DNA from: Octopus sinensis
Taxonomy: Eukaryota
Length of the DNA stretch: 64,000 bases
Reading direction: 5' to 3'
Assembly: GCF_006345805.1 (NCBI RefSeq)
Contig: NC_043001.1
Span: 16,864,001 to 16,928,000, forward strand
A program made the translations under genes and the position numbers. Below are positions 27,917 through 42,386 of this stretch, one piece after another (the stretch's first letter is position 1; every line of letters begins with the position of its first letter). Below the pieces are notes generated by a model. It had not been told where the DNA came from. It ran no database searches and worked only from the letters and a program-made list of their open reading frames with translations.

Positions 27917-28268
27917 AGAAAGAAAGAAAGAAGAAAGAAAGAAAGAAGAAAGAAAGAAGAAAGAAAGAAAGAAAGAAAAAAAGAAAGAAAGAAAGAAAGC
28001 AGGAAAGAAAGAAAGAATCGATCCCAGTACTTGACTGATACGTTTATCAATTCGAGAAGAACGATAGGCAAAGTCAGCCTTTGTCGGGATTTGACCGCAG
28101 GACTTAATGCTATGAAGCAAATACCGCAAGGCATTATTTTGTCCGACGCTCTAACAAGCCTTCCTTAATTTTCGATATAATTAACTGTTCATTTCTCGCC
28201 AAAATCAAGATTTTGTGTCAATGTTAACAACGAATATACGAAGACTAATCAATATTAATCTCTTTCAG

Positions 28269-28414
28269 CTATTTGTGGTGGCGTCATCCATAAAGACAAA
28301 GGAATTCTAACCAGTCCTAATTCTCCCGATGATTATCGCCCTAATCAAGAATGCGTGTGGATAATTATTGTGCCTGAAGGTTATTTAGTTGGTCTTACCT
28401 TTCAAGCATTTGAG
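28269..28414 (+). CDS. BMP1/tolloid: tolloid exon A: CUB2 N-half
   Basis: tctttcag|ct att tgt...ttt gag|gtaagc. Translates (A)[48 protein letters not shown]; phase 1 to 0. Confidence 0.95.
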
Positions 28415-31400
28415 GTAAGCAACACTTATATCATATATGCGTGTGTTAGCGATAATATATGTGAGTTCGTGTCAATCTAGTTGATGTTACCTTTCAAGAA
28501 TTTGAAGTTGGTATCCTGTATTATTCTATATTATGTGTGTGTTTGTGTGTGTGTGTTTGTTTGTTTGTGTGTGTTTGTGTGTGTTTGTGTGCACGCGTAA
28601 ATCGATATAAAATGATCCTTCGAGCTGCATCTCTTCAAACCAATGGGAATTTAGAGATCGATAAAATAAGTTCTGAAACTCTCGATGGCGGTGATCCAAC
28701 ATGATCGCTTGTTCGATTAGTGAAACTAGCAAAATGATATCGTACTATACATATAAAATAATATTAGATTCATAATTGAGACAGATCCATGTGGTATATC
28801 TACACCCACCTCAATTATACATACCAATAAACATGTTTATGATAAACCAACGACAAAGGTAACATTTAACAGGAAAGCATTGAAAACATAACGTTAGTTA
28901 ATTATGCTTCCGTACTTTATCAAAATGAAAACAAGATCTTTATTACGTTTTGCCTGACAAACGTCTGTTATTGAAGCGTTCATGGAAATACATCAATAAC
29001 TTTTGTTCTTGTCTTAGTATTTTTTATTACCATATATCTACGGAAATATGGTAACATTGCCTTTTTGTTAATCAATTTTGAAACTAATTAGCAAAAAACT
29101 TTATCATTATTAAGCAGGGGTTTGGAAAATAAATTAACAAGAAAATTTTGAGAGAACGTTTTAATTTAGAACACTTTGAAATAGAAAGATTTTATGACAG
29201 AACCAAGAGGGTTCTCTTGAAATTTTAGGAACAAAAGGGTTCATAAATTTGGCCAGTGGTTCTCAACCTTTCGTAGATCAGGATCGTCTTTTTCAGAATG
29301 GTATTTTACAAGCAAAGGCGGCGAGCTGGCAGAAACGTTAGCACGCCGGGCGAAATGCTTTGTGATATTTCGTCCGCCGCTACGTTCTGAGTTCGCCACA
29401 ACTTTCACTCTTTCCTCCAGCATGGTGCAGCTCACCTGCGACGGACCGGCGTCCCGTCCAAGTGGGGAACCTATACGCCAAGGAAACCGGGAAACCGGCC
29501 CTTATGAAGCAGGCGTGGCTCGAGAAGGAAAAAAACAATAAGTATTATACCTGGCTTAAACATTTAATTTCTAAGAAATAACTAGCACTCTTGACATTTA
29601 CTGCTCTTCTGTGAGCGCGCAACACCCCCAGTAGAGTGCACAATACCCCCAATGGAGCGCACAACGCCCTCACAGTACCATATAACATTACAAATGGGGT
29701 GCGCCGCCCTACTTAAAACTACTGAGTTAATCTAACTAAAAATAATCTGGTTGAAACATTAAAAATATATATATTTGTTTTTACGATATGGCAGCTGTGA
29801 TTGAAATAGAAGATCGAGATAAATTTTTGCGTAGCATCTTTGGGAAAGGCATGATCTTCACAGCTTCTCGTTAATAATTTAGACCTAATTAATAATGTTT
29901 ACAGACTGCGAGAAACAAATATTTCCCTTAAACATATACTTCCAATTATATCATTGTACTGGGTTTACGACTCACATCTGGAAACCCCATAGAGTTCAAG
30001 TACTGTGTACGCTTGTGTGTGTGTTGGTGTGTCATCGTCTTCGTCGTCGTCATCGTCATCATCATCATCATCATCACCATCATCAGCATCACTGAACGTC
30101 CATGTTCCATGCTGTGGCTTGAGTTGTGTAAATGTGTCTGTGTAAATGTACCACGTGTTTGTCGTATTTGAGTGCATGCAAGTGCGTATGTGTATGAATG
30201 TATTTGCACGTCTGTGTGTGTGTGTGTGTGTGTGATGCCTGTGAAAGTATTCGTGAGCGTGCGAGTTCGCATGTATATGGTTGTGCAAGTGTGAATATAT
30301 TTGCGTGCATATGTTTATGCATTTCTTACACATTGTGTCTTAGTAATTATATTTGCAGATATGCATGTATGTATGCATGTGTGTGCATGCGCGCTCGTTT
30401 GCGTAACTTTGCAAATATATTTACGTATATATATGAATATCCGCACGTTGGTGTTGTGTGTGTGCTTGTGTCTATATGTGTGTATATGTGTGCATCTGAC
30501 CGTACATACACCTATTAATGTCACACCATGCAATGTATAAGCATTATATTTCTTTGTTATAGATTGAAAATCATGACAACTGTGTATATGATTATATTGA
30601 AATCCTTGACGGACCCGACGAATCCTCCCCGTTCTTGGGAAAATTCTGTGGTTATAAAATGCCAGAGGAGATCAAATCCTCAAGCAATCAGCTGTATGTT
30701 AAGTTTTTCTCTGATGGATCAGTACAGAAAGCTGGTTTTTCTGCTTCATTCACTAGAGGTAAATATCTTATACCTTATACCTTATACCTTATATCTTATA
30801 CCTTTCAAATAGTTTGTTGTCATTTCATACTACAGTGGTTCTCTCGCTGACATATGCCTGACCCTCTCAAAAGGAAATGCGTGTGTATATTTATATAAAT
30901 TTACATGAATTAGGGAAAAAATTTTCCCTTGGCACTTTATTGATGAAACACAAAAAAAGATTTAATATTGATGTAATTCTTATGTGAATTTATCTGTTCC
31001 CTTTTCAGTCCACACGGGCCCACTTTAGAGTGGGAAGAAATTCTTGCTCTCCTTTGAGAAACAACGGCTTACCTCATTGCAGCCCTATTTTTTTCACTGG
31101 TCAAAAATATTCCGACCATAACCATAGCTTTTGTTATTGACTGGAAAAATTTAAAATCTCTTCTATCGAAGCTACGCTGTGTAATATATCTATTTTAACA
31201 GTGAAATTTGAAGCAAACATGTATCTAGGACCTTGAGGCAGTGATGATGGACCGAGAAGTGTGGCGGGTGGACTTTATTGCTGCGGCCAGGGTTGGAACC
31301 CAGCCATAATAATAATAATAATTGAAATAAATAAAAATATAATAATAATGTGTAGAATATTGGATTAAAAGCTCCTTGGATGGAAACAAAATGGAAGGTT

Positions 31401-32241
31401 GTTCACATTTCATCATTAAAAGCGATTTGTTTTACCTCGTTCGAACTTTCTAAAATGGTGTAAACAATATACGATTCTTTCAGCTTCGAAAATTCACGGA
31501 GAATATATGAAACGTTTCTTAAAATAATCAATACATCTGTCATGTTCACAGAGGATGTGGGTTCGTGTCCCATTGGCGTTTTTCGACATTGGCTTACCTA
31601 CATCAATAAAATTAATACCAAACAAAATCCTAGAAATGATGTAATCCCTTAAATTTTTACTTGCTATACTCTAACATGTTTACTGTCCCATAACTTAAAC
31701 CAGTAGTAAATGTAAAGAAAATTAACAAATTAACCAAGGAAACAATTCATTTATTTGATTTGATATTCCTTCAAATAATTTCAGTGGAATATTCCACGCC
31801 AGTAATCCTATTAACCCGGAGGTAAATTCTCTCTTGCAGAATATGATGAATGTATGACGGACTATCACGGTTGTGATCATAAATGTGTCAATACGCTTGG
31901 TTCTTATAGATGTGAGTGTGAAATTGGTTATGAACTTCACTCCGACGGCAAGAAATGTGAAGGTAAGATATATATTATGACACTTATACGTGATGAATCA
32001 AATAATTGTATTTACAATAAATGTCGAAGAAGTATTAGCGTTATTAATAAGAGGTAAAAGCTATTAAAAATGAAGGTATACTAAGATTTGCAATATCGGA
32101 ATAAAATTTTTGAAAACCTGTTTATTCAAAAGTAGAAAAATATTACAGACGTAGCCTTTACTAATTATTTTACTTGTTTCAGATGTGCATACATACAGAC
32201 ACACGCGCATACATACATACATACATACATACATACATACA

Positions 32242-32272
<31 letters not shown>

Positions 32273-32291
32273 CTATCTATACTCTTGCACT

Positions 32292-32331
<40 letters not shown>

Positions 32332-35300
32332 AAGAATATATATTTCTTTATTGCATACAAGGGGATAAACATAGAGGGGACAAACAAGGACAGACAAACG
32401 GATTAAGTCGATTATATCGACCCCAGTGCTTTTTTTTTTTTTTTTTTACATTTTTATTTTACCATTAATTTCACCAATAACAGGATAATGTTTTTCACTA
32501 AGAAATAATTTATATCTTCTATTTTTTTCCCCTTAAAATATTTTCAGACGCTTGTGGAGGATTTATCAACGCTGAGAATGGTACATTCCAAAGTCCATCA
32601 TTTCCTGATCTTTATCCCACTAACAAGTATTGTGTTTGGCAAATCGTGGCACCAAAGCAACATCGAATTACTCTAAACTTCTCATATTTTGACTTGGAAG
32701 GCAACAACGTAAGTAACTCACAGCGACGCTTTGATATTTTTCTTCTGCTAAACAAAACATGGAGCCGTATATGATTTTTAACTATTTTAACTTTTTACTC
32801 TCTTCAGTCATTGGACTGCAGCTATTTTGCGGTAAGACTTCTCTCAAAAGTTTTGTAGCAGGGGTCGGCAAAGCTATCAGTATTGACACCTGGGTGTCTA
32901 TGTGGTGATAAACACCTGAAACGATTTTGAGCATTAAGAGTGCTGAATTATTAGCGAATTATCATTATTATTATATTATTATTTTCTTAATTTTTTTTTA
33001 ACACAAATAAGAATCGATTTAAAGAGAACCATCTGAAATGGAATGTGAAAATTCGAAATACCTTTGCAGGTATCATCTACAAAATATGCTAGGGTAACGG
33101 GCCGATTGTCGAGCCAATTAAGAACAAGCGTACACTTCATGAAAACATCTGAAACGCTCAAAACTAGTGTATATTTATTGCTCGTTTTTAGAGCAGAGTA
33201 GCTTCAGTTGTCTAACAATTTTGAATTTACTCTAATTTACACAAATTTCCTGCCAATATCGATGCAATTACTAGAATTCACCAAACGCATTAAATATTTC
33301 GACTATACTCTTACTCTTTTACTCTTTTACTTGTTTCAGTCATTTGACTGCGGCCATGCTGGAGCACCGCCTTTAGTCGAGCAAATCGACCCCGGGACTT
33401 ATTCTTTGTAAGCCCAGAACTTATTCTATCGGTCTCTTTTGCCGAACCGCTAAGTGATGGGGACGTAAACACACTAGCATCGGTTGTCAAGCAATGCTAA
33501 GGGGACAAACACAGACACACAAACACACACATATATATATATACATATATACGACGTGCTTCTTTCAGTTTCTGTCTACCAAATCCACTCACAAGGCTTT
33601 GGTCGGCCTGAGGCTATAGTAGAAGACACTTGGCCGAGATGCCGCGCAGTGGGACTGAACCCGGAACCATGTGGTTGGTTAGCAAGCTATTTACCACATA
33701 GCCACTCCTGCGCCTATATTAACTTCTATTATTCGTTTTGAGTTTTGTCTCGTATTTTCATCAAATGTCTTTAAATATTTCTCACTAAAAGCGGTTACAA
33801 CACAAAAGAAGATGAATTATTTACATGGTGAAGGTCGATAAGTTGTCCACGATTCCATGAAGGTGGTCATTGATAAAAAGTTTGTCAGTCTCTGGTTTAC
33901 ATATTGGTTTACTTTTCCCAATCTTAAAATTGCAATCACTATATCTATTTAATTTTCTTTTCAGCAAGACTGTGAGTACGACTCATTGAAGGTATCAAAT
34001 GGTGAATCATCTAAAGTCTTAGGAATATTCTGTGGTTCAACCCTCCCATTACCCGTAACATCTTCGGATAGTATTCTTCGTATTGAATTCACTTCTGATA
34101 ACTCAGTCCAAAAAACAGGATTTAATGCTACTTTCTTTACAGGTAAATTTATACTATTTCCCCTTCCACTAAAATCCTCTACTTAAACTGTATGTATCTA
34201 AGTTAGTATTATATGTATCAAACTATGAATAGAAATAATTATGCAGTGAGGAAAAGACAACGTGTAGTCATTTTATCATTCATAATTCGGTATAAAAGTG
34301 GAGTCTATGCGTCGCTGAGGATGCCTGGTAATACCGAAATATGTCCAGAATTGTTTCCCGTACATTTCGGAATATTCTTTTACTCTTTTACTTGCTTCAG
34401 TCATTTGCATGTGGCCATGCTGGAGCACCGCCTTTAGTCGAACAAATTGACCCCACGACTTATTCTTTGTAAGCCTAGTACTTATTCTAGCGGTCTCATT
34501 TGCCGAACAGCTAAGTTACGGGGACGTGAACACACCACCGTCGGTTGTCAAGCGATGTTGGGTGGGGCGGTCAAACTCAGACACACAAACATATACACAC
34601 TCATACATATATATATACATATAAACGACGGGCTTCTTTCAGTTTCCGTCTACCAAATCCACTCACAAGGCTTTGGTCGGCCCGAGGCTATAGTAGAAGC
34701 CCAAGGTGCCACGCAGTGGGACTGAACTCGGAAACTTGTGGCTGGTAAGCAAGCTACTTACCACACAGCCACTCCTCCGCCTATGATTAAACAGAATGAT
34801 TACAATAGCAATTAGTTATTGAGCTAATATTGTCCTTCACTCACTGCATATGTATCTCTAGGTGGGTTGTTAGCGATTTAATTCTTACTCCATTAAATAT
34901 GGTGCCGTTAATTTAATTATTATGTTTCTTAGGGGACGGGAAATAACATCTTTGAGTAATTAATCTAATCGATTTGTACATAAGTACATACATGCATAAT
35001 ACACGCACACGCACACATACAAGCACATATATACTCATATATAAAAAAAAGTGTGTGTATGTATGCATGTATGTGTGCTTGTGTGTGTGTGTGTGTGTTT
35101 CTACATAGAAAATTTATAAGTAAACTTTCTTTTATTGACCGCGTAGATAAAGACGAGTGTGCTGTCAAAAATGGCGGCTGCCAGCAAATCTGTAAGAACA
35201 CAATTGGTAGCTATGAGTGTGCCTGTAAAAATGGATTCACGCTGCACGAAAACAAACACGACTGCAAAGAAGGTGAGTCTTTCACGCATTCCTTTTTTTC

Positions 35301-38091
35301 CCTCAATTTTTATCACTTGGGCCATTCAGACATTATCTTTATTTACTTATTTATTTACTTATTTACTTATTTATTTACTTATTTACTTTATTTATTTATT
35401 TATTTATTTATTACCTTCTGTAAATAGATCCGTCCAGATCCAAGCAAAATATAAAGACAATAAACCTGAAAACAACGAATAAAGCAAACCAGAATCGGAT
35501 GCTAGGGGATGCTACCAATTTAATAATCAGTAATACTTCCTATTGAAGATCTATCTATGTATCTATCCACAAGAAAACACACACACACACACACATCATA
35601 CATACACACATATACTCTCATATGCGCACACACATAACCACCACAGTAATAAAGCAAGCTGAATCCTTTCTTTTACTTAAAGTGCTATACTTAACATTAT
35701 ACTTGCTTATTTTAACTATCAATGAAATAAATATGTATTGCACCGGCTTTAGTTTTCCCTCTAAGCGATCACTCTTATTAAATAGACAGTCAAACAGGAT
35801 GTAATCTCCCAGTTAGCTGACAACACACCACGCTTTGGGATCCCGGTTGATACGCTGTTTCTTTTCATTTAAAGCAGTCGATGTAATCAACATAATCCCT
35901 TTGTCCGTCCTTGTACGTCTCCTCTATGTTTAGCCCCCTTTGGGCAATAAAAGAAATGAATATTTATTTCATTGAAGGCGGCGAGCTGGCAGAATCGTTA
36001 GCACGCCGGGCAAAATGCTTAGCGGCATTTCGTCCGTCTTTACGTTCTGAGATCTAATTGCGCCGGTGTTGCCTTTGTCGTTTATCCTTTCGGGGTCGAT
36101 AAAATAAGTACCCGTTGAACACTGGGGTCGATGTAATCGATTTGGCCCCCTTCCCCAAACCTGCTAATCTTGCGCCAAAATTTGAAACCAATATTTATTT
36201 AATTGCTTCGTTTCTTCTGGTGTAATTGCCCGTTTTGAAAATGTGATTTATTCCCAGATGTGTACGTAGTACTAGACAAGAGTCAAACCGTGGCTTCTTT
36301 ATTATATTAAAAAGGAATTAAATGTTATAAAGTCATTATAAATTATACCACTGACACAATTTGTTTTCTTTCCAAACCGATGAGATTTTCAGATATTCAG
36401 GTATTTAAATCAAATATGTAATATTATTTGTTATTATTCCACAGGTGGCTGCAAACACGAAATAAAAGCCCCATCAGGAACCATAATCAGTCCCAAATGG
36501 CCAGCTTTCTATCCTAGCCGCAAGAATTGTGTATGGACATTCACTGTCACTGATGGACACCGAGTGAAATTGCAGTTTGAAGAATTTGAGTTGGAGCCAC
36601 ATCAAGAATGTACCTATGATCACATTGAAATCTTTGATGGTGATAGTATCAATAGCCAGTCTTTGGGGCGTTTCTGTGGCAACAAAATACCTCATCCGAT
36701 TTACTCCAGTGGCAATACAATGCATATGATCTTTTACTCCGATGCCTCCGTCCAAAGAAAAGGCTTCAGCGCTGTACACAGCACAGGTGACATATTTTAA
36801 AATTTCCCTTAATAAACCAGAAAGTTGATGTCGGTAGTTGCTTTGTCTTTTACGATTTTCAAGATAATTAGCATACATTTATGAAATTTAAACTTGTGTG
36901 CTTAATTTAAAAAGTGCTTAATTGTTGGTCTGTGAGACCCGAGCTCGATGGTGTCACAGACTTTGTCCTACATTCAGAGAAATCAGCTGATTTCAGTCAT
37001 AACTTCAAACTTTTTTCCCATAGCAGACATCGGGGTATCATGTTGAAATCAGCTCCCGGTAACATATATTTATGGCACAAAACTTAGGAGGACGGTGGAT
37101 GCCAGATTAAATAGAAAGGCAGACAAAATACTTTGCATAACATTATAACACTAGCACTATGACCCGGGTCATAGTGCTCGTGCATGCATATACAGCTGCG
37201 TGAGTGCGCACATACACGCGAGTACTGTCCAAATCTCCAACCAATCACATACAGCTAGCTGGCATTCAATTGGCGTATCAAGTTTCGGGTATTTTGATTG
37301 AGATTTGGATAGAAAATTCACAAAAAAGTCACTTCTATTGATTTTTAGTGGGAAATGTAAAGATGTGCACGACCACCCTTGGACGGTTTTGAATGACCAT
37401 AGAAAGTGCGAGCCCTCTAACTGAAAAATTGTGGATTTGTATAAAGGATACATATATATATCTACATATGTATAGAGAAGAGATTATAATAAGTTTCCTT
37501 ATCTTCTTGAGTTCGAAACCTGCTGAAGTCATCTTTGATTTTTATTCTTTCAAAGTCTATATAATCGACTAAACCGTTCTGTCTACATTCGTGGACTTGG
37601 GACCACGCTAGTGATTCCCCTTTGTTATATCAATTCATCAATAAAATATAAATTACCGGGAAAGTACTGGGGTAGATATACCCGCCTATATTTTTCATCC
37701 TATATTCTTTCTCCCCCCAAACCAATTTCTGTTCCTGTGACTAAGTTATAAATCTCTATTCAAAATTGTATAATAATAAGATTTTTTTAATTGTTATTCC
37801 AGTGTGTGGCGGTCATTTAGTAGCTAAAAAGGAATCAATGTCTATCTATTCCCACGCCAAATATGGAGACCAAAACTATGACAACACGGCTGACTGTGAA
37901 TGGGTGATTGAAGCAGAGAATGATAAAAAGATTTATGTTGAATTCGAGAGCTTTGAAATTGAAAACGAATCAGAATGCTTGTAAGTAATTTAATTTCCAT
38001 GGAAACAACCAATGGCTTTCTTGGTTTAAGCAGAAATATTGCATATAATGTTGAATATATAAGCACACACTCTCTCGTATATAGACATGCG

Positions 38092-38131
<40 letters not shown>

Positions 38132-38147
38132 ACACACACACACACAG

Positions 38148-38204
<57 letters not shown>

Positions 38205-39634
38205 TGTCTGTAATTATATATATATATATATACAAGTGCCATACATTATTATCATTATTATTAGTAGTAGTAGTACATATATATATATATATATATACAC
38301 ATATATGTATGTATGTATGTATATTTATAGAATACACGCATACATGCATACTACACACACACGCACACTCACTCAAACACATGTGTAACTATGGAAATAT
38401 AGAAATGTTTTGTACAACATATAATTAAAGGTTGCTATGGCTACAGATAAATTAATTAGTAAAAGCGTGGGTATTACTGTAGTATTTAATACGGTTGTTC
38501 AGTTGTTGTTCTTGTTTAGCCCCAGGTCAACCCTGCTTGAGAAGATCTATGGTGAGAAGATCTATGAGGTGGCCATTTCCACCATGGCCACCTCATCTTT
38601 TAGATGTATTTAGAACGACGTTATCTAATAATCTAATATGCCTTCCTCTTTACTAAAGACGGTACAGTATGGTCTGAGGGATAATTGGCTGATATTTCTA
38701 ACAAGCTGAGCGACCACGTACAAGTGCCATTGTTAGCTTAATAAGGATAAAGTGGGTTGTGGTGGGAGTTGGGGAGTCGGTGGGGAGGGAAGGGAGGTTG
38801 GTAGTTTTTGATGAAGTTGATATATTTAGTTCTTGTAGAGTAGTGGTGGTTGTGGTGGTGGTAGTAGTATTAGTAGTAGCAATGGTAGTGCTGGTGGCAG
38901 AGCAGCACCAGTACTATTATTATTAATATTATTATTATTACTATTATCATCATCATCATCTTCATCATCTTCATCATCATCATCATCATCATCATTATTA
39001 TTATTGTTAGTAGTAGTAGTAGTGGTGGTGGTAATAGTGGTCGTAGTAGTAGTAGTAGTAGCGGTGATGGTGGTGGCGGGCCAACTTTACAGTGACAATG
39101 ATGCTGATGGCAGCGTTGTCAAAGACATCTGCCTCCCGTGACTCACCCGCAGCAACCACCTACATCACATCACTCAGCACTCTCTCCTCTCTCTCTCTCT
39201 ATCTCTCTCTCTGGCACACACACACACACACACACATACACATAGACACACACACATACAAACACACACACACGTACTAGCTCTCCGTCGGCTGTTGACT
39301 TTTACTGTCGGAAGGCTTTGATCTCGAATCTTCAGATGAAGACATTCACTTCTGTTGCTTCTTAAATAGATTAATTGCAACAACAACTACAACAACAACA
39401 ACAACTACTACAACAGCAACTGTAAGCACAACAACAACAACGTCTAAAACAACCATAACAACAATATTAACATCAACTGTGATAACAACAAAAACAACAG
39501 CTACAACAATTCCAGTGTAGTGCTACAGAAATATTTGACAGTCTTAAAAGATTCTAATACGATTTGAAACCATTGGCCATAAGATATTGACATTTCTGTA
39601 TTACTTTCTGACTGCTCTGTCTGTCTGTCTGTCA

Positions 39635-39724
<90 letters not shown>

Positions 39725-39993
39725 TTATCTATCTATCTATCTGTCTGTCTGTCTGTCTGTCTGTCTGTTCATCCATCTATCCATGTCTATCTATTTCTCT
39801 CTCTCTCTCTCTCTTTCTCTGCTTACACACAAACACACACATTTACAGATAGGTAGGTAGGTAGGTAGAGAGGGAGGGAGAGAGGGAGGGAGAGAGGAAG
39901 TTATATAGATAGATAGATAGACAAATAGATAGATAGATAGATCGATAGATTGGTAAATAGATAAATAGATGGATAGAGAGATTGGTAAATAGG

Positions 39994-40072
<79 letters not shown>

Positions 40073-40277
40073 GTTTCTTTATTGGCCACACAGGGCTGCA
40101 CACAGATGGGACAAGTTACAAGGTAGAGCTTTTCTTTTGGGGGATGAAAAAAACAAAAAACAAAAGAAACAAAAAAGGGGTGGCGTAGGTTTTCGATCAA
40201 GAGGGATCGTAAAAGGGAAGAAAAGAACAAAAAAAAATAAATAAAATAAAAAATATAATAGATAGAAATAAAAAATA

Positions 40278-40354
<77 letters not shown>

Positions 40355-42272
40355 GATAGATGGATAGATGAAGCGAAAATGGGCTTAAAGGAATACCTCC
40401 GTGGTCAAATGGCCCGTATTTGAACAACAAAAACGAATAAGGGTATATTAGATATCATACAAGATAAATTGTTATTTACTGACATTATCTCCGCCTGCAG
40501 AGCGAGTCGACTAATCCCTTTGTTGCATTTGGAACTAATATCAAATGAGAAGGATAGATAAGCTCAAAAATGAATAATTCTCCAAGATTGACCTTTCATT
40601 AATGAAAAGCTGTTTGATTTCCTCGCGATTAGACAGCATGGACAAACATTTCTGACTAGATAGGCCTCGTCAGCACAACTGTTGGATCTAGCGGTGTCAT
40701 ATGAAACTGTCACCCATAATTATGACCCTAGTATCGATCTATTGCATTTCAATCTATTTTAGGGTTAGGGTTAGAGTTATGGTTAGTTAGGGTTAGGGTT
40801 AGGGTGGGGGAAGGGTATCTTTTTTTCTTCAGAAATGTAAATAACCCCAATCTGTTTCTTAAACAAGGAACATATTCATACGGCACATAATGTTTTCACC
40901 TCAATAGACGTCATTGATTGGTTGAAATTGCAGAAATTGAAGAAAAACAACAACAAATATCTTACAAACTATAGAATTTTCTCAATAAAGCCAAGAGAAA
41001 AAGATGTTTTATAAACAAATTCTACCAGTATACGAAGTTTAAAAGTGTTTAGTTACGTGGAAATTATTTTAAAAAACTGCCGGTCAAACCTAAAAGATCC
41101 CAACTATTAGCTTACCTTGTCTTATACATAATTATAGTACTGGTACTTATATGCGTTTGAAGAATTTGTGAACAATATCAAAAGCATAAGCTCATAAAAA
41201 ATATACATTCAACCATGTTCTATAAACTAGAGTCTGTGGTTACTCTGCAGACCTAACCCGAGAACAGTTCGACGAGTTTCGACGGTTTATTGCTGATTCA
41301 TCAAGGGTACCTCGATCTATGAAAAAAGGAAGAAACTTAGAGCTACCTACGTGAAATAACAGAACCTTGTTATTTAACCATAGAGTCGAGTTACACAGCA
41401 GGACTAAATACATAAAATTCGTTCACAATATAACCTCTTTCTTTACTGCCCACAAGGGGCTACACACAGAGAGGACAAACAAGGACAGACAAACGGATTA
41501 AGTCGATTACATCTACCCCAGTGCGTAACTGGTACTTATTTAATCGACCCCGGAAGGATGAAAGGCAAAGTCGACCTCGGCGGAATTTGAACTAAGAACG
41601 TAGCAGCAGACGAAATACCGCTTAGCATTTCGCCCGGCGTGATAATGTTTCTGCCAGTTCGCCGCCTTCGTTCACAGTATAACCTCACACGTACACATGA
41701 ACACGTGCTTGCACGCTCTAACAATGCTTTAGTCATTTAGCACTCGCTTCCAGCCAATGTACTGATATGCAACGAGTAACATTGGCACCCGTTACTCATC
41801 GTATAGTTTATAAGTAGCTCTAAACTAACTTTTTCTCTCTTTCTCTGTCTGTCTTATCTTATACTAGCAGTATCGCCCGGCGTTGCCCGGGTTTGTAAGG
41901 GAAATAACTATATAAGCATTTTTAGAGATTTATAGCCAAAAGTAGCAAAAAATGCATTAAAAATGGAAAAAAATTATGGTAAATTTTTTTAAATCGTTGA
42001 CTCATCGTAGACATTTTTAGAGAGTTACTTCCCTTATATAATAGCGAAAAAATGCATTAAAATGGAAAAAAATGATGGTAAATTATTTTTTAAATCGTAG
42101 ACTCATCGTAGACGCGCTAATACCCAGAAGGGCTCGATATGAATCACGACTATAAGAGATCTGGCTTTGGTAAAACTGCACCGCAAAATGTGGGAGTAGT
42201 TAGGAATCTAAATCGTAGGAGACAGACACACAACCTCTCTTTTATATATAAAGAAGATATATATATAAAGAA

Positions 42273-42338
<66 letters not shown>

Positions 42339-42350
42339 ACTTTATCTCTT

Positions 42351-42386
<36 letters not shown>

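Noticed and set aside
29254-29724. MER5/Charlie-like MITE (cagtggttctcaac...aaaactactg)
   Set aside because: The ends are only loosely inverted and there is no matching 8-bp TSD; too weak to annotate.
40759-40804. Relic of a chromosome-end fusion
   Set aside because: The repeats are short, single-orientation and internal to an element with its own termini and TSD.
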